Positions 62,700-64,000 of a stretch of DNA of 64,000 bases are shown here, piece by piece. The notes below the pieces were generated by a model. The model searched no databases, was not told the origin of the DNA, and saw only the letters and a program-made list of their open reading frames with translations. The translations under genes and the position numbers were made by a program. The stretch comes from Lytechinus pictus (lineage: Eukaryota), in contig NC_087260.1 of assembly GCF_037042905.1 (NCBI RefSeq), positions 10,788,001 to 10,852,000 on the forward strand, in the 5' to 3' direction. The stretch's first letter is position 1. The number at the start of each line of letters is the position of its first letter.

Positions 62700-63435
62700 T
62701 AGCCTCAACAATTCGTGCAATATTTTCGCCGTGCAAAATTTTTTGACTGCGCCGCTCGCTGACTTTTTACTTTTAAGTCTTGCGCACCTTTTGAGACTAA
62801 ATTTGCGAGGACTGGGTACGCGGTTCCGAAATTACGCAACATTTTGTAAGTGCATGTCAGACCAAAAATTGCTATAAAACATGATTTCGTGTACAAAGTC
62901 AATGCAAATTGGGTTTTCAACTCATAATCATAATTGTATGATTATTTTTAGTTTTGCTGGTCTAAATGGATTTATTTTATGCTGTTTATGATCTCAAAAG
63001 AGTCCCCGACAAAGTTCATTGAAAAAGCAATAAAAAACAAAAGGTCCAAGAAACAAAGAAATACATAAGAAATTGCAAAAAACAATATAATACATAAGAC
63101 ATTATTCTGATATCGCAATTTTTTTCATGTTCATTTGCTGAGAACACCACAAAGAGTTTCTACAATAAAAATTGGAACATTTGGAGCTTTATTTAGGAAA
63201 TAAGAGGAAAAAGTATGATTTTGCATACTAATTACGCATAAATTAGCATAATTAATAGATAATGATTTGCATGAAATAAATTGATACAGGATTTTGTAGA
63301 TTATGTTCCAGGCAAGCTGCGTGTCAATTTTCGGCGCGATCGTGCGATCGACGGCCGAGATCTCCTGGAAGGCCCCCCCCCCCCCCCCCCCCCCCCGGCC
63401 ATATGATCTCCCAAAATACCCCGGCCTAGATAGGG
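62700..63435 (+). mobile_element. piggyBac-like non-autonomous element, left end missing
   Basis: Ends ...CCGGCCTAGATAGGG|TTAA; the 5' portion matches 23720-24000. Confidence 0.62.
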
Positions 63436-64000
63436 TTAATTGAGGGAAATTGTCATAAACATTGTTTAGGGGGGAAAATTATCAAAACAGCATGCGAAAA
63501 TACTTGAATAGGGTATAAATTTGATTAATGGATAAAACTTGTTTAGTGTGGATTTGTAAATTCTATAACGGAGTGCCCCCCCCCCCCCCCCTGAAAGTAG
63601 GCAGGGGGGTTGTAGACTGCTCATCTTTAAGTCACCCACAATTTATTAGTTCAACCGTTTATTAGTAGTATGGGGACTTCATTTTGTTAATTAAAGCAAA
63701 CCGTTGATTTTTCAAATGAATTGCAATTTAGCATTATTAATTAGTTGGGGGATTTTCAGCCAATTTTTGTAGATTATGCCATCGGAAACAGGCATGCTGA
63801 TTTTTGTCACATTTGCTTGGTCAACTGCTGAGATCTTAACCTTTAATCATCCCCCCCCCCCTCATTTTCATGGTCTAAATAATCCAGTCTTTTTAGGGTT
63901 GAATTTCCCTGCTACATATTGATATTACAAAATTGTTACTTTTTAGGTTTTGAATGACATGCATTGTTAAAGTCTTCACTTTTGCAACATATAGAGAAAT

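Overview
Eukaryotic, AT-rich, intron-rich invertebrate DNA. The repeat landscape resembles an echinoderm such as a sea urchin, but that is inference only. Three host genes can be assembled by hand from GT-AG splice sites. (1) A 13-exon minus-strand transmembrane guanylyl cyclase with an extracellular NIT (nitrate/nitrite-sensing) domain (8453-41248, ~679 aa); its second metal-binding Asp is replaced (VETVNETY). (2) MPDU1 (49570-54716, minus, 250 aa). (3) The 5' part of BAP18/C17orf49 (57919->62558, plus), head-to-head with MPDU1. Intron 8 of the cyclase holds a 17.5-kb, apparently intact Kolobok DNA transposon (12287-29786; TTAA TSD; 12-bp TIRs). It carries two convergent spliced genes: an 8-exon THAP + DDE transposase (~976 aa) and a 2-exon KolX protein (197 aa) resembling the P2X7 cytoplasmic ballast. 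A ~210-bp near-perfect hairpin and nested MITEs lie inside the element. The rest of the window holds non-autonomous Kolobok, Tc1, Harbinger, hAT, P-like, piggyBac and CACTA-like elements, tRNA-derived SINEs, a 55-bp minisatellite, CAT/GAT microsatellites and three N gaps. All coordinates were derived by eye; no database searches were run.
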